DNA of 64,000 bases. Origin: Opitutales bacterium. GTDB taxonomy: Bacteria > Verrucomicrobiota > Verrucomicrobiia > Opitutales > JABSRG01. The position numbers and the translations under genes are program-made. The stretch lies in assembly GCA_049599475.1 (NCBI GenBank), contig JBMYOQ010000010.1:29909-93908 (forward strand). The letters run 5' to 3'. Below, in pieces: positions 20,287 through 30,672 of the stretch. The notes below the pieces were generated by a model. It made no database searches, was not told where the DNA came from, and saw only the letters and a list, made by a program, of their open reading frames with translations. Each line of letters opens with the position of its first letter. Within the stretch, counting starts at the first letter, position 1.

Positions 20287-21336
20287 TTAGCGGCTCGCCG
20301 TTGCCATTTCTCCCGAATTTCCGACCATCAGAGCCAAGGTGGGCCATGAGGACAGGGCATCTCCGAGAGCTTCGAGGAGCGCATCACGCTGCTGTGCGAT
20401 GAATGGCTCAAAGTTTGGTCGATGCTCCTCCTCTTCCACATCGAATTCGAAGCGTACAGTTTCCGGTGCCTCGACATGCGCATGTAGCGGATGCATTGAA
20501 TCCCAGGTAGTTTCGAGCACAGAATTTCCGATACGCGCCACTTCACTGTTTAGGCGTAGAGTCTCATACACTTCCCGACTTCCGACAATTCCCGTTTCGC
20601 GATCAAATTGATACCAGACAAAATCGCCCTCTAGCGTAATCGCTATATGGCGAAACGCAGCAGCTTCGTCGAGCTCTCCCATAGGAGCTCCCAGCACCAG
20701 CTTGTATCCATCGAGTTCGGACACATTGCTTATCAACCAATCGCGCACTGTGCGCTCGTAAGGCTCTGAATTTCGCATCTCACAATCGACACTGACAAAG
20801 ATCCATTTCGAAGCCTGCTCGGCACGCAAGACTTCCACCTCCGACGACTCACTCTTCCAGCGGATCGCCAAACGGTTCTGATAATTGAAAGGAATGTAAT
20901 TCAGAAACTCACGCATAGCTCGAGGACGCATATCTCCTTGCGCAACTAAAGCTTTTGTCTCTGCGTAAACATCTTCAAAACGCTTCTTAATCGATAGCCG
21001 TAGCCTACGATGTGCTTCAGAAAGTGTTTCGCCGCTGCTCAAAAAGACATTGGCTCGGTTCTCAAAAAACCATTCAAAATTTCGGTAATTAGCATTTAAT
21101 AGAGAAGCTCCTTTGCGGTATTCCCCTGCATCAACGTAATCTATCGCCTTCTCCGCTGTTGAGCGGTACTGCTCCCAGGATGCCTCAAGTGCTTCGGCAT
21201 CAATCAGGAAGCGATTCTCTGCTGCTTCTAAATAAGTGGCAAACTCTCCCCGGAAGCCTCGATTCGCTACAAAAGCAACGAGTAGAGCTCCAAAGATCAG
21301 CAGAATGCTGTGCCCTTTGATTTGGTTCGTGGTCAT
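20287..21336 (-). CDS. Hypothetical protein with N-terminal membrane anchor
   Basis: 349-aa ORF with one N-terminal hydrophobic helix; no family recognised. Confidence 0.7.
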   Translation of the reverse strand: MTTNQIKGHSILLIFGALLVAFVANRGFRGEFATYLEAAENRFLIDAEALEASWEQYRSTAEKAIDYVDAGEYRKGASLLNANYRNFEWFFENRANVFLSSGETLSEAHRRLRLSIKKRFEDVYAETKALVAQGDMRPRAMREFLNYIPFNYQNRLAIRWKSESSEVEVLRAEQASKWIFVSVDCEMRNSEPYERTVRDWLISNVSELDGYKLVLGAPMGELDEAAAFRHIAITLEGDFVWYQFDRETGIVGSREVYETLRLNSEVARIGNSVLETTWDSMHPLHAHVEAPETVRFEFDVEEEEHRPNFEPFIAQQRDALLEALGDALSSWPTLALMVGNSGEMATASR

Positions 21337-21535
21337 TCACAGCAAAAACTCGTCGGCCTCATTAGAAAGATGAGCGCTTATTGAGAATTTCTGTAATTCT
21401 CGGAGCGAGAAATTAAGGAGCCTTCCCGACCTACCCAAAAACCGCAAAAAACGTATAAAAAAGCACGACTTGGCTCAAGATTCAGAGAGGTATAAACGGC
21501 AAAATGAAACTCCCCGACAGAGAGATCCGCGCCTG

Positions 21536-23011
21536 CTAAACCCCTTTCAAGAATTGATACAATTTCTCCGCCATTACCGCACCAAACCCATCGACTTTTT
21601 CGATGTCCTCGGGCTCCGCCGCCTTCAATTTTTCAATCGACCCAAAGTGCTCCAAAATCAGCTCCCTTCGCTTGGGCCCCAAGCCGGCAAAATCATCCAA
21701 AATCGACTCGCGCAGCTTCCGACTTCTCAATTCAGCATTGAACGAGTTAGCAAATCGATGCGCCTCGTCACGGAGTCGCTGTAGCAGACGCAAAGCATCA
21801 TCATGGTGAGAGAGATTCAGATCGGGGCGCCCGTCCGCAAAGACGACTGTCTCCAGTTTTTTGGCAAGGCCAATAAGGGGCGGTGGCTCAACATCTAGTA
21901 TCATAAAGGCCTTCAAAGCTGCATGCACTTGCCCCAGCCCACCATCAATCACCACTAAATCAGGAAACGGTTTTCCCTCCTTCGCCAAGCGGCCGTAGCG
22001 GCGCCCCACAACTTCCTCCATCGCGCGAAAGTCATCATTACCTTCAAATGAGCGAATTTTAAACCGGCGATACTGCCCCTTATCGGGTCGACCCTCCCGG
22101 AAGTGAACCATCGATGCCACCGTGAACGAGCCCGAGATATGCGAAATATCAAAACACTCAATTTGCTGAGGCGTGCGACGAAGCCCAAGGGCTTCAGTCA
22201 ATCGCTCCGAGGCATTGCCAAGCTCTTCGAGCTTATCCGGATGATTGCGCGTAAATTTCCGCGTCTTAGAAATCGTGGCCTTGAGCGCATTTACCGCATC
22301 TCGGAGCTCCGCAGCTTTTTCGAAATCCTGCTTCTCCGCCGCCTCAAACATGGCTTTCTCCAGCTCCGAAAGCCACTCCCTCGATTTACCTTCTAGAAAT
22401 GTCGAAGCCTCTTCAACCCGCTCGAGATAGTCTTCACGAGTCACCAAATTGGGGTGTCCGTAGATCTCACCGCGCACATCGTCATAAAGCTTAAAAACCC
22501 CCGGTTCCACTTCGATCGGATGGGTATCGCTCAAGAGTATTCCGAATTTCCGACGCATTTGGTGCAAGGTCTTGCGCACCATTCCCGACTGAGCAAATGG
22601 CCCGAAATACACGCTACCGTCCTCCCTTCGATTCCTCGAAAAACGAAACCGGGGTAGCTTTCCAGATCGATCGATCCGCACCAACAAAAAGCGCTTATCG
22701 TCTGTAAACACCGTATTGTAGCGCGGCTTGTATTCCTTGATAAGTTTTCCTTCCAGAAGGAGAGCCTCCGCCTCAGAACGCACCAGGATGGTATCAAAGG
22801 TGTGGATCAGAGCCACCATAGCCTGCACCTTGGGCTGCGCCACAGTATAGCGCCGAGACGGCTGAAAATAGGTCGAGACCCGCTTTTTCAGGTCCTTTGC
22901 TTTGCCCACGTAAAGCACCTGCCCAAACCGGTCCTTCATTAAGTACACGCCGGGCTTGTGAGGCAAACGGCGCACCTTCGTTTTCAAATCAACTGGTTCC
23001 TTTTCTTCCAC
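21536..23011 (-). CDS. uvrC: Excinuclease ABC subunit C
   Basis: PGVYLM, YVGKAKDLKKRV, ECFDISH, IDGGLGQ, RDEAHRFA, HhH. Confidence 0.96.
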   Translation of the reverse strand: MEEKEPVDLKTKVRRLPHKPGVYLMKDRFGQVLYVGKAKDLKKRVSTYFQPSRRYTVAQPKVQAMVALIHTFDTILVRSEAEALLLEGKLIKEYKPRYNTVFTDDKRFLLVRIDRSGKLPRFRFSRNRREDGSVYFGPFAQSGMVRKTLHQMRRKFGILLSDTHPIEVEPGVFKLYDDVRGEIYGHPNLVTREDYLERVEEASTFLEGKSREWLSELEKAMFEAAEKQDFEKAAELRDAVNALKATISKTRKFTRNHPDKLEELGNASERLTEALGLRRTPQQIECFDISHISGSFTVASMVHFREGRPDKGQYRRFKIRSFEGNDDFRAMEEVVGRRYGRLAKEGKPFPDLVVIDGGLGQVHAALKAFMILDVEPPPLIGLAKKLETVVFADGRPDLNLSHHDDALRLLQRLRDEAHRFANSFNAELRSRKLRESILDDFAGLGPKRRELILEHFGSIEKLKAAEPEDIEKVDGFGAVMAEKLYQFLKGV

Positions 23012-23094
23012 AGATGTTTGAAATTCACTTTTATTGGGGTTTGTTCATATTCCTTTGATTTCCTGCGAACAATCGGACGCAACCATAAACACAG

Positions 23095-24378
23095 ATGGCG
23101 AAAAAACCAAATATTGAGGTCCTAAATTTAGGAGACGAGTTGCTCAACGGCATTCGACTCAACGGACACTTGACGCATCTGGGTGCCGCATTCGCAGATC
23201 GAGGCCTCCAAATTTCGCGCGCAAGCCAGCTTCCTGACGACCACGAAGCCATTATCAATGGGCTCAGCCTGGCCTGGAAATCGGCAGATATCATTATCAT
23301 AACGGGTGGCCTCGGCCCGACTTCGGATGACAAAACACGTGAGGCGACTGCGGAATTCCTAGGAGTAAAACTTCGCTTTTCCACTGAGATTGAGTCTGAA
23401 ATCCTCGATTTATTTGCCCGTCGAAATCGTATCATGACGGACAACAATCTCCGGCAATGTTACGTGCTGGAGGGCGCTGAGGTATTGAAAAACCCAAATG
23501 GGACCGCTCCTGGCCAATACTTCACTCGCGACGATAAACATCTCTTTTTACTCCCCGGCCCGTCCAACGAGCTGTATCCCATGTTCGCGGATCAAGTGCT
23601 CCCGCGCCTAGAGAAGCACAAGCTCATCTCTCCCGAGGAGAAATATATCCAAATCCGCACAACTGGCCTTGGTGAATCCATGCTGGAGCAGAAGGTCCTC
23701 CCGATTCTGTCCGAATATCCGGGAATCGGTATCGGCTACTGTGCTCATTTGGGCATCGTGGACCTGCGGATTTCGAAAGGAGAGACCCAACTAAGCCGTT
23801 CACAGCTGGAGGACATCGCTGAAACCTGCAAAGACGAGCTTGGAGAAGATTTCGTGTGCTTTGGAGATAAATCGATTGCCGAAGTGGTTTACGAGCAGCT
23901 CCGCGCCACCGATCGCTCTTTCTCGACTGCCGAGTCCTGCACCGGCGGATTGCTGAGTAACGCGTTCACAGATGTGCCTGGCGCCTCAAAGACATTCGCC
24001 GGCAGCTTCGTCTGCTACAACAACGATGCAAAGATTCAGATGCTCGACGTGCCCGAGGAGATGATCCAGCAACACGGCGCGGTCAGCCGCGAATGCGCCA
24101 TCGCAATGGTGACGGGGGCTGCAGAACGCTTTGGCACCGATTTCGCCCTTTCTATCACAGGCTTTGCTGGCCCAACTGGAGGCACCGACGAGAACCCTGT
24201 GGGCACCATTTACATCGGCTACTATTCGCCCTCCGGCATGTGGTCGCGCAAAGAGGTATTTGTCGGCGACCGGAATAGTATCAAGACCCGCGCGGTCCAC
24301 GCGGCCCTCGACCTGATGCGTCGAAAAATTTACACCCATCGCATCGACGATTTTGTCGCTTCCGAATTCGGCGGATAA
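23095..24378 (+). CDS. cinA: CinA/NMN deamidase (MoCF-binding domain plus PncC)
   Basis: GDELLNG, TGGLGPTSDD, GTAPG, AESCTGG, SITGFAGP. Confidence 0.93.
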   Translation: MAKKPNIEVLNLGDELLNGIRLNGHLTHLGAAFADRGLQISRASQLPDDHEAIINGLSLAWKSADIIIITGGLGPTSDDKTREATAEFLGVKLRFSTEIESEILDLFARRNRIMTDNNLRQCYVLEGAEVLKNPNGTAPGQYFTRDDKHLFLLPGPSNELYPMFADQVLPRLEKHKLISPEEKYIQIRTTGLGESMLEQKVLPILSEYPGIGIGYCAHLGIVDLRISKGETQLSRSQLEDIAETCKDELGEDFVCFGDKSIAEVVYEQLRATDRSFSTAESCTGGLLSNAFTDVPGASKTFAGSFVCYNNDAKIQMLDVPEEMIQQHGAVSRECAIAMVTGAAERFGTDFALSITGFAGPTGGTDENPVGTIYIGYYSPSGMWSRKEVFVGDRNSIKTRAVHAALDLMRRKIYTHRIDDFVASEFGG

Positions 24379-24405
24379 AAAAAGAGAGCACCTAAGTGCC
24401 CTCTT
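24377..24405 (-). terminator. Intrinsic terminator for the EF-hand gene
   Basis: Minus strand AAGAGGGCAC-ttag-GTGCTCTCTT followed by a T tract. Confidence 0.7.
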
Positions 24406-24439
24406 CTATCCCTATGAATTGAACTGCAGGGTGCCGCTA

Positions 24440-24997
24440 TCAGCGACCACGTCCGCCAGCGCCTCCCCCTTTGATACCGCCTCCAGGTCCTTTGCCAGGC
24501 CCCTTGCCTTCAGCCCGAAAGCGATCAGGCCCATCGCCAGAAGAGCCTGGACCGCCCGCGCCTCTGGGTCCTCGACCTTTACCACGTTTGGCCATCTTTC
24601 CTAGAGCGAACTCCGCTTGATCACGGCTTATGAGGCCATCCCCGTCATCGTCGAGCTTCTCAATTATCTTGGCTGCGACCTCCTCCGGCTCGGGACGCTC
24701 CTTATCGCCTTTCTCAGAACGGTCCTTGAGTTCGCGCCCAGCAGCTTCAGCTTTTTCACGCATCTTTTCTCTCATTTCCTCACGATGCTCCCGAAGCTGA
24801 TTCAAGACATCCGTCAGCTCATCTTCTGAAAAGTAATCATCGTTATTCTCATCTCCCTCATCCAGCACGCTCGTCATATGCTCTTGAGCCTTTGCCTTCA
24901 TTGCTTCTCGATCCTCGTCACTGAGGCGTTTTCCCTCGCCGGCATACAGCATAGTCGCGGCTGTAGCAGCCAAACCTAAGATTAGGTGATTATTCAT
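24440..24997 (-). CDS. Secreted EF-hand protein with Gly/Pro/Arg-rich tail
   Basis: Signal peptide; DENNDDYFSEDE and DDDGDGLISRDQ EF-hand-like loops. Confidence 0.75.
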   Translation of the reverse strand: MNNHLILGLAATAATMLYAGEGKRLSDEDREAMKAKAQEHMTSVLDEGDENNDDYFSEDELTDVLNQLREHREEMREKMREKAEAAGRELKDRSEKGDKERPEPEEVAAKIIEKLDDDGDGLISRDQAEFALGKMAKRGKGRGPRGAGGPGSSGDGPDRFRAEGKGPGKGPGGGIKGGGAGGRGR

Positions 24998-25092
24998 TTT
25001 TATTCCTTGTTTCCGATTTATGAATCCAGCGGTTCTCTCTGGATCTACATCGAATTTAACCTTCCCAAAATGAATTTTATCCCTTCAAAACG

Positions 25093-25108
25093 ATGACAAA
25101 ACTGTCAT
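25093..25108. promoter_or_regulatory. CusR/CopR-box-like palindrome
   Basis: ATGACA-aaac-TGTCAT between the divergent EF-hand gene and the response regulator. Confidence 0.65.
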
Positions 25109-25156
25109 TCTTCTAGACGTGCCCCCATCGCTTTCGATCGATATATTACCCCACCT

Positions 25157-25837
25157 ATGAAGATATTAGTTGCCGAGGATGAAGCTAAAATCGCCGATTT
25201 CGTTGTCAAAGGCCTCGAAGCAAACGGTTTTACGGTAGATGCATTCGACAACGGCGAAGATGCCTACAACGCCGCCAAGATGACCCAATACGACGCACTC
25301 GTCCTCGACATCATGATCCCTGGGCGCGATGGCTTAGACATCGTGAAATCCCTAAGGGCGGCCAACCACGCGACCCCCATCATTCTCGTGACCGCTCGCG
25401 GCGCCCTGGAAGATCGAATCGAGGGCCTCAACCTCGGTGCCGACGACTATCTTCCGAAGCCCTTTTACGTTGATGAACTTATTGCACGCATTCATGCCGT
25501 AACTCGGCGCAGCACCGGTGCCACTCAGCCCATCCTTACCCTTGGCAATGTATGCCTTAATATTCAGGACCGCACAGTTATCCATGATGGTGAAGAGATT
25601 TTGTTAACCGCACGGGAATTCAATCTACTTGCCTATTTGATGAGATCGCCAGGTCGCGTATTTACACGTACCCAAATTTTGGAACATGTGTGGAATTACG
25701 ATTTCGACCCAAACACGAATATAGTCGACGTATACATTCGCCGGGTCCGCAACAAAATCCGCGAGCCTGACGGCAGCTCAATCATTGAATCTGTCAGAGG
25801 TGTTGGATACAAATCTATAGCCAAAGTTGAGGCCTAA
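25157..25837 (+). CDS. OmpR-family response regulator (CusR/CopR-like)
   Basis: AEDE, LDIMIP, GADDYLPKPF, WNYDFDPNTNIVDVYIRR, RGVGY. Confidence 0.92.
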   Translation: MKILVAEDEAKIADFVVKGLEANGFTVDAFDNGEDAYNAAKMTQYDALVLDIMIPGRDGLDIVKSLRAANHATPIILVTARGALEDRIEGLNLGADDYLPKPFYVDELIARIHAVTRRSTGATQPILTLGNVCLNIQDRTVIHDGEEILLTAREFNLLAYLMRSPGRVFTRTQILEHVWNYDFDPNTNIVDVYIRRVRNKIREPDGSSIIESVRGVGYKSIAKVEA

Positions 25838-27332
25838 AATGTTGCGCTCTCTTAAACTGCGCATTGCTGTCCTTACCAGCCTCATAACGACTTCCATCGT
25901 TGTTGCTGGAGCAGCTCTTATGTTGAAGAATATTCGCAATACGAAATTGGAGCGCGTGGACGAAGAGATAAAACTACTCGCGATTACCAGCATTCCAAAA
26001 ATATTTGAATCTCGCCCGTCCCGCGATCGCGACAGGCCCCGTCCGCGAATACCGCAAAGCGAAATCGACCTACCCGACGACTTTTGGATCACCATCACGC
26101 TAAACAAAAACACCACTACATTTCATACTCCGAATACGCCAGAAGCGTGGTTTGATGAATTCCCTCTCGACGCAGTCCAGCAGGAAAACCCGTTTTTATC
26201 TAAGCAACAACGCTTCCCCATGGGTCGATTCTTTGGATCCCCACCCCAGGATCGTGGAGGGCCTCGTGGCCGTGAGGGTCTTCCAGAGCGCCTCATAGAG
26301 AATATTCAATTCGATTCCATCAAACTTGCGAACTCCCGGATCAGAGTGGGCAAAATTTCTACCGAATCTGATTACCAACTCAATTTCGTAAAGGACCTCT
26401 CACTGCTCAGAGCTGAGATGGAGGAAATCGAAAAGTCTATTTACCAGACAATCCCCCTATTCATATTGCTCACGATCACCGCCAGCGCCTTCCTGTCCAC
26501 GCGAGCCCTCAGTGCCTTCAGAAAACTTTCAGGCAACATAGATCAAGTATCCGGAGCGGGCCTGAATGCCCGCTTACAGCCCCAGAAATTACCTTCCGAA
26601 TTCATACCCCTAGTGGATTCGATTAACGAAATGCTTGAGCGCATCGATCGAAGCTTCAATCAGGCAAACCGCTTCGCCGCCGACGCCTCGCACGAGCTCC
26701 GCACTCCACTCACCATCCTCCAAGGCCATCTAGAAAAGCTCATCCAAACCGAGCCCGATTCGACAAACCAACGACAAGAAGAATACGCAAATTTGCTCGA
26801 AGAGGTAAATCGCCTTCAGCGTCTATCCGCTCAGCTTCTTTTTCTAGCGCGGAGCGATTCAGGGCATTTCAAGATCGAGCGCAACCCCGTCGCGATTTCG
26901 GAAGAACTCGGTGAGCTAATCGAGGACTATCGAGATTTGTATCCAGAATGCTCATTCACATTCGCTTCTCCCGAAAATCTATCAGTCTCCGCAGATTGGC
27001 CGCTACTACAGCAAGCGATTGCGAATCTACTGACAAACGCCGTCAACTACGGCGAAGCGCCCAATGAGGTTTGTTTAAAGATTTCGGAGTCAGACTCTAT
27101 CGTTCGTATCCAAGTTGAAAATACTGGATCTAAAATCCCCGAGGAGACAGCAAAGCGCCTATTCGATCGATTTTATAGAGCCGAAGATTCTCGCGCGCGA
27201 ACGTCATTTTCGTCTGGCACTGGCCTCGGTCTCAGCCTGGCAAAGGAATGCGTAAAGGCTCATGGAGGCACCATCCGTTACCAAGGGAACAATCAGGGCA
27301 TGAATGTATTCGAAATAAGGTTACCGCACTAA
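25827..27332 (+). CDS. Sensor histidine kinase (CusS-like; HAMP-HisKA-HATPase)
   Basis: Two TMs, FAADASHELRTPL, NLLTNAVNY, GTGLGLS. Confidence 0.92.
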   Translation: MRPKMLRSLKLRIAVLTSLITTSIVVAGAALMLKNIRNTKLERVDEEIKLLAITSIPKIFESRPSRDRDRPRPRIPQSEIDLPDDFWITITLNKNTTTFHTPNTPEAWFDEFPLDAVQQENPFLSKQQRFPMGRFFGSPPQDRGGPRGREGLPERLIENIQFDSIKLANSRIRVGKISTESDYQLNFVKDLSLLRAEMEEIEKSIYQTIPLFILLTITASAFLSTRALSAFRKLSGNIDQVSGAGLNARLQPQKLPSEFIPLVDSINEMLERIDRSFNQANRFAADASHELRTPLTILQGHLEKLIQTEPDSTNQRQEEYANLLEEVNRLQRLSAQLLFLARSDSGHFKIERNPVAISEELGELIEDYRDLYPECSFTFASPENLSVSADWPLLQQAIANLLTNAVNYGEAPNEVCLKISESDSIVRIQVENTGSKIPEETAKRLFDRFYRAEDSRARTSFSSGTGLGLSLAKECVKAHGGTIRYQGNNQGMNVFEIRLPH

Positions 27333-27362
27333 TCAAAGACCATAATTGGGGCATCCACCCAC

Positions 27363-28589
27363 TCATGCCGATGTATCTAGGACTTCTCGAACGCGCTGCA
27401 GCAAATTCCCTCCTTCAAACAGATAAAACGGCACGCCCGCGGATTCGGCAGCCTTACGATCTGAATCGCGATCTCCGATAAAAAAGCACCCATGCTTTTC
27501 GATGGGCCACTCCTCAAGTGCGTCTAGAATCATGCCTGGGTTGGGCTTCCGGCGCAGGCTCTCTTTCTTATATTCACCGATTCCATGCTCCGCGTGATAA
27601 GGGCAAAAGTAAACCGCATCCAAGTGGGCACCACACCGCGCCAATTCACCTTGCACCCAATTCATTAATACAAAAAATGACTTCTCAGAATAATAACCTC
27701 GCCCGATTCCTGACTGGTTCGTGATTAAAACCACGAGGTACCCGGCGTCGTTTAAAAGCTTAACTGCTTCTTTAGCTCCATCCACCCATTCAAAATCTTC
27801 AGGTTTAGAAACATAGCCGGAGTCGAGATTCAACACACCATCTCTATCCAAAAACGCTGCTGGGCGAAGCTGCCATTTAGGAAGCTCTGTCTGTGCTTTG
27901 GTATAGGATTCAAGACTGCCAATATCGATAAAAAAGCCTGTCGAACGGTAGGCTTTCAGCAGACCTTCATTAGCCAAACGTGGAAGCAACTCGCGCTCCA
28001 ACGAAGACTTTCCTTCTGGTAGAAAAGCTAGATGATCTCTTCTCAACCAATAGACACCCCCATTCACCCACGCCGGACCCGATTCATTGTGTGTAGAAAA
28101 CGTCGTTATGCGATCCGTCGAATCGACCTCGATATTCACATACCCCTGAGCGTTTTCTATTTTGTGGAGAGCCATCACACCCAGACCTTCCTTCGCTTCG
28201 GAATCTGTCAGTAATTCCAGGTAATTGAGATCCAGAATCGAGTCTCCGTTGATAACTAAAAACGAATCGTCCAGGAGCGTTTCGCAACGCTTTAGCGAGC
28301 CTCCGGTACCCAGCGGCTCAGGCTCCACCGAGTAGGCGATTTCCACCCCAAATCGACTTCCATCGCCAAAGTGGGCCTGAATCTTCTCCGCGGAGAAGCC
28401 GATGCCAAAAACAATGCGAGTAATCCCATAACGTTTGAGATTCCAAATGAGATATTCCAAAAATGGCTTCCCCTCCACATCAAGAAGGGGCTTGGGCGTA
28501 TCTCGAGTCAAAGCATCCAAGCGCGACCCCTGCCCTCCAGCCAATATAAAGGCCTGCCGCCCATTTGTCAGATGCTCCGCCTCACTCAC
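27363..28589 (-). CDS. Fused sugar-phosphate nucleotidyltransferase (HddC-like) and D,D-heptose-bisphosphate phosphatase (GmhB-like)
   Basis: LAGGQGSRL, PKPL, PLGTGG, NGD, FIDIG; then FLDRDGVLN, ITNQSGIGRG, CPYH, RKPNPGM, IGDRDSD; GTG 28589 preferred as start. Confidence 0.88.
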   Translation of the reverse strand: MSEAEHLTNGRQAFILAGGQGSRLDALTRDTPKPLLDVEGKPFLEYLIWNLKRYGITRIVFGIGFSAEKIQAHFGDGSRFGVEIAYSVEPEPLGTGGSLKRCETLLDDSFLVINGDSILDLNYLELLTDSEAKEGLGVMALHKIENAQGYVNIEVDSTDRITTFSTHNESGPAWVNGGVYWLRRDHLAFLPEGKSSLERELLPRLANEGLLKAYRSTGFFIDIGSLESYTKAQTELPKWQLRPAAFLDRDGVLNLDSGYVSKPEDFEWVDGAKEAVKLLNDAGYLVVLITNQSGIGRGYYSEKSFFVLMNWVQGELARCGAHLDAVYFCPYHAEHGIGEYKKESLRRKPNPGMILDALEEWPIEKHGCFFIGDRDSDRKAAESAGVPFYLFEGGNLLQRVREVLDTSA

Positions 28590-28694
28590 ACCTCTATAGT
28601 GTCCCCCCTGCTCAGAAAGATCCAGAACAGAAAAAATCTCGCACTGACCCACAATGTACCAACATTCCTGCCGATTCATTCGTTATGCCCTCAG

Positions 28695-29279
28695 ATGAAC
28701 AAAGTGATCCCCCTTTTCTCAATGAGAGCAATGGCCGCAGATAAGCCTCAGGAAGACTGGGCAAGCGCGGCCGACTCCGAGCTTTTGTCATACGTTAAAC
28801 GCAGTCATCATGGTGCTTTGACAGAGATTCTCCGACGCTACGAATCCCCCTTGATCGGCTTCCTGACCAGCCAAACCGGCGAGCGCACTACTGCCGAAGA
28901 CATCGCTCAAGATACGTTTTTGAAACTCATAAAACGCCCACCGTTCATGCTGAACTCCGGCTCACTCAAGCCCTGGCTCTTCCGCGTCGCAACCAATCTG
29001 GCAAACGATTACCGCCGAAAGCACAGCCGGGTCCAAGCGGTGGAAACGATTCCTGACGAGCCCAACGCGGATTTTCAACAACTGGGCAACCAGCAAGACT
29101 CCGAGTATTTCATGTCTCAACTCAGCCCGGAAATTCGGATAGTGGTGTCGCTACGACTCTACGGAGATCTCAGCTACAAGGAGATCGCCCAACAATTAAA
29201 AATCCCGGTAGGCACTGCGACCTGGCGTATGAAGAACGGCCTGGAAACTCTTAAATCAAAATTCAAATCTGCTGAATAA
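28695..29279 (+). CDS. ECF RNA polymerase sigma factor
   Basis: AEDIAQDTF, WLFRVATN, LSYKEIAQQLKIPVGT; start placed at an ATG downstream of the ORF-track start. Confidence 0.9.
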   Translation: MNKVIPLFSMRAMAADKPQEDWASAADSELLSYVKRSHHGALTEILRRYESPLIGFLTSQTGERTTAEDIAQDTFLKLIKRPPFMLNSGSLKPWLFRVATNLANDYRRKHSRVQAVETIPDEPNADFQQLGNQQDSEYFMSQLSPEIRIVVSLRLYGDLSYKEIAQQLKIPVGTATWRMKNGLETLKSKFKSAE

Positions 29280-29731
29280 TGCCTCTGCCCCACGAAAACG
29301 AAATGCTAGCCAAGCTGCGCGAGAGCAGCGGCACCCGCAACGCTCACCTCAGCATCGAGAAGCGCACTGCCTTGTTCAACACACTCGATGAGCGCAAAAA
29401 CCGATTGAGCGGCTGGATTTGGAAACTGTCGGGCCTTGTAGCACTTTCCGCAGCATGTTGGATTGTTTTCCTCAGCCAACCAACACCAGAAACGCCACAG
29501 GCTAAACCCGCCCAAGAAATCGCCCAAAGCCCTCCGGTCCCCGCGACGCAGCCAGCACCCTCCCTTTTCTCAGTCTGGAAGGAAGACGATCCCGTAGATC
29601 GATCCATACAGAACCTACAAAAACGCCTAGACAACACAGAGCGCCCTGCCCTGTTCAGCAGAGGAATCAGTGATTCTCGCGAGAACGACCTACGCCGGCG
29701 CCTAAAACGCCTCAAGGACGATTTGTCCTAA
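29279..29731 (+). CDS. Probable single-pass anti-sigma factor
   Basis: Coupled to the ECF sigma gene, one central TM, Pro-rich linker. Confidence 0.6.
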   Translation: MPLPHENEMLAKLRESSGTRNAHLSIEKRTALFNTLDERKNRLSGWIWKLSGLVALSAACWIVFLSQPTPETPQAKPAQEIAQSPPVPATQPAPSLFSVWKEDDPVDRSIQNLQKRLDNTERPALFSRGISDSRENDLRRRLKRLKDDLS

Positions 29732-29769
29732 GGCCCTGAATTACAGCTAAACACCCATAATAATTTGCA

Positions 29770-30387
29770 ATGAAAATACAAAATGCCTGCCTATTCCTAT
29801 GCGCTCTTAGCGCCCCGTTTTTTCTCCTAGCAGAGGAAGACGAACACGATTACCACGAAGAGGATAATCCGACAGCGATTCGCGCCGAGATTTCCGAGTT
29901 CATGGAAGAAGAGGAGGGCCAATACTTGAAACGGTTCATCCAAGCACACTTCAGCAAGGAAGCCGTTTCGATGCTCCAACGCCGCATTCAAGACGACCCC
30001 TTCGAAGCCCGAGAATGGCTTTTCCACATCTACGAGATCAAGGAAGAGTATGATATGCTCGAAGAGGAGGAGCCCGCCTATGCCCAGCTCTTCCTTCAAT
30101 TCCAAAAGCACGAGATAAATGCATATATCTACTCAGCTAAACTAGAAGAGGCCCAGGAACACGATGGATCTCAAGCCGAACTCGAGGAGCTCCAGACGAA
30201 ACTGAAGGCCGAAATCACCACGGCCTTTGACTTGAAACTTAAAATGCAAACCGAGGAACTTGGTCACCTGAAACGAGAAGTCGTAGAATTGGAAAACCTT
30301 CTGGAACGCCGCAAGAATTCACGCTCTCAAATCATCGAGCGACGGTTCAACGCCCTCAGCGGCAAGGACGACCATTTAGAGTGGTAG
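29770..30387 (+). CDS. Secreted acidic coiled-coil protein
   Basis: Signal peptide, EEDEHDYHEED N-terminus, helical composition. Confidence 0.7.
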   Translation: MKIQNACLFLCALSAPFFLLAEEDEHDYHEEDNPTAIRAEISEFMEEEEGQYLKRFIQAHFSKEAVSMLQRRIQDDPFEAREWLFHIYEIKEEYDMLEEEEPAYAQLFLQFQKHEINAYIYSAKLEEAQEHDGSQAELEELQTKLKAEITTAFDLKLKMQTEELGHLKREVVELENLLERRKNSRSQIIERRFNALSGKDDHLEW

Positions 30388-30672
30388 ATCTCCTGCTTCA
30401 CGGCACTTAGGATCTTGGAAACGGGAGGGTCGCATATATCCGCCCGTTTTTTGTGTACCGATCTCTGGAACAAGGAAACCCGAGGCCTTTCATCTCTCCT
30501 ACAGGAATCACCGTAATTTCACCTTTTCTACAAATTCTCTCAATTTTTCGACCGCTCTTTTCGTTATAGCTTGAAAGAACAAGCCAGACCTTTTCGAGCA
30601 TCTACCCTTGCACCGCCTGGCTTTTCCGACACTCACCCTTAGGACCCCGCTAATTTCCGAGTAACTCGTTTA

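Noticed and set aside
28371..28694. 108-aa N-terminal extension of the ECF sigma ORF
   Set aside because: Overlaps the HddC-GmhB gene antisense and has no sigma-like sequence.
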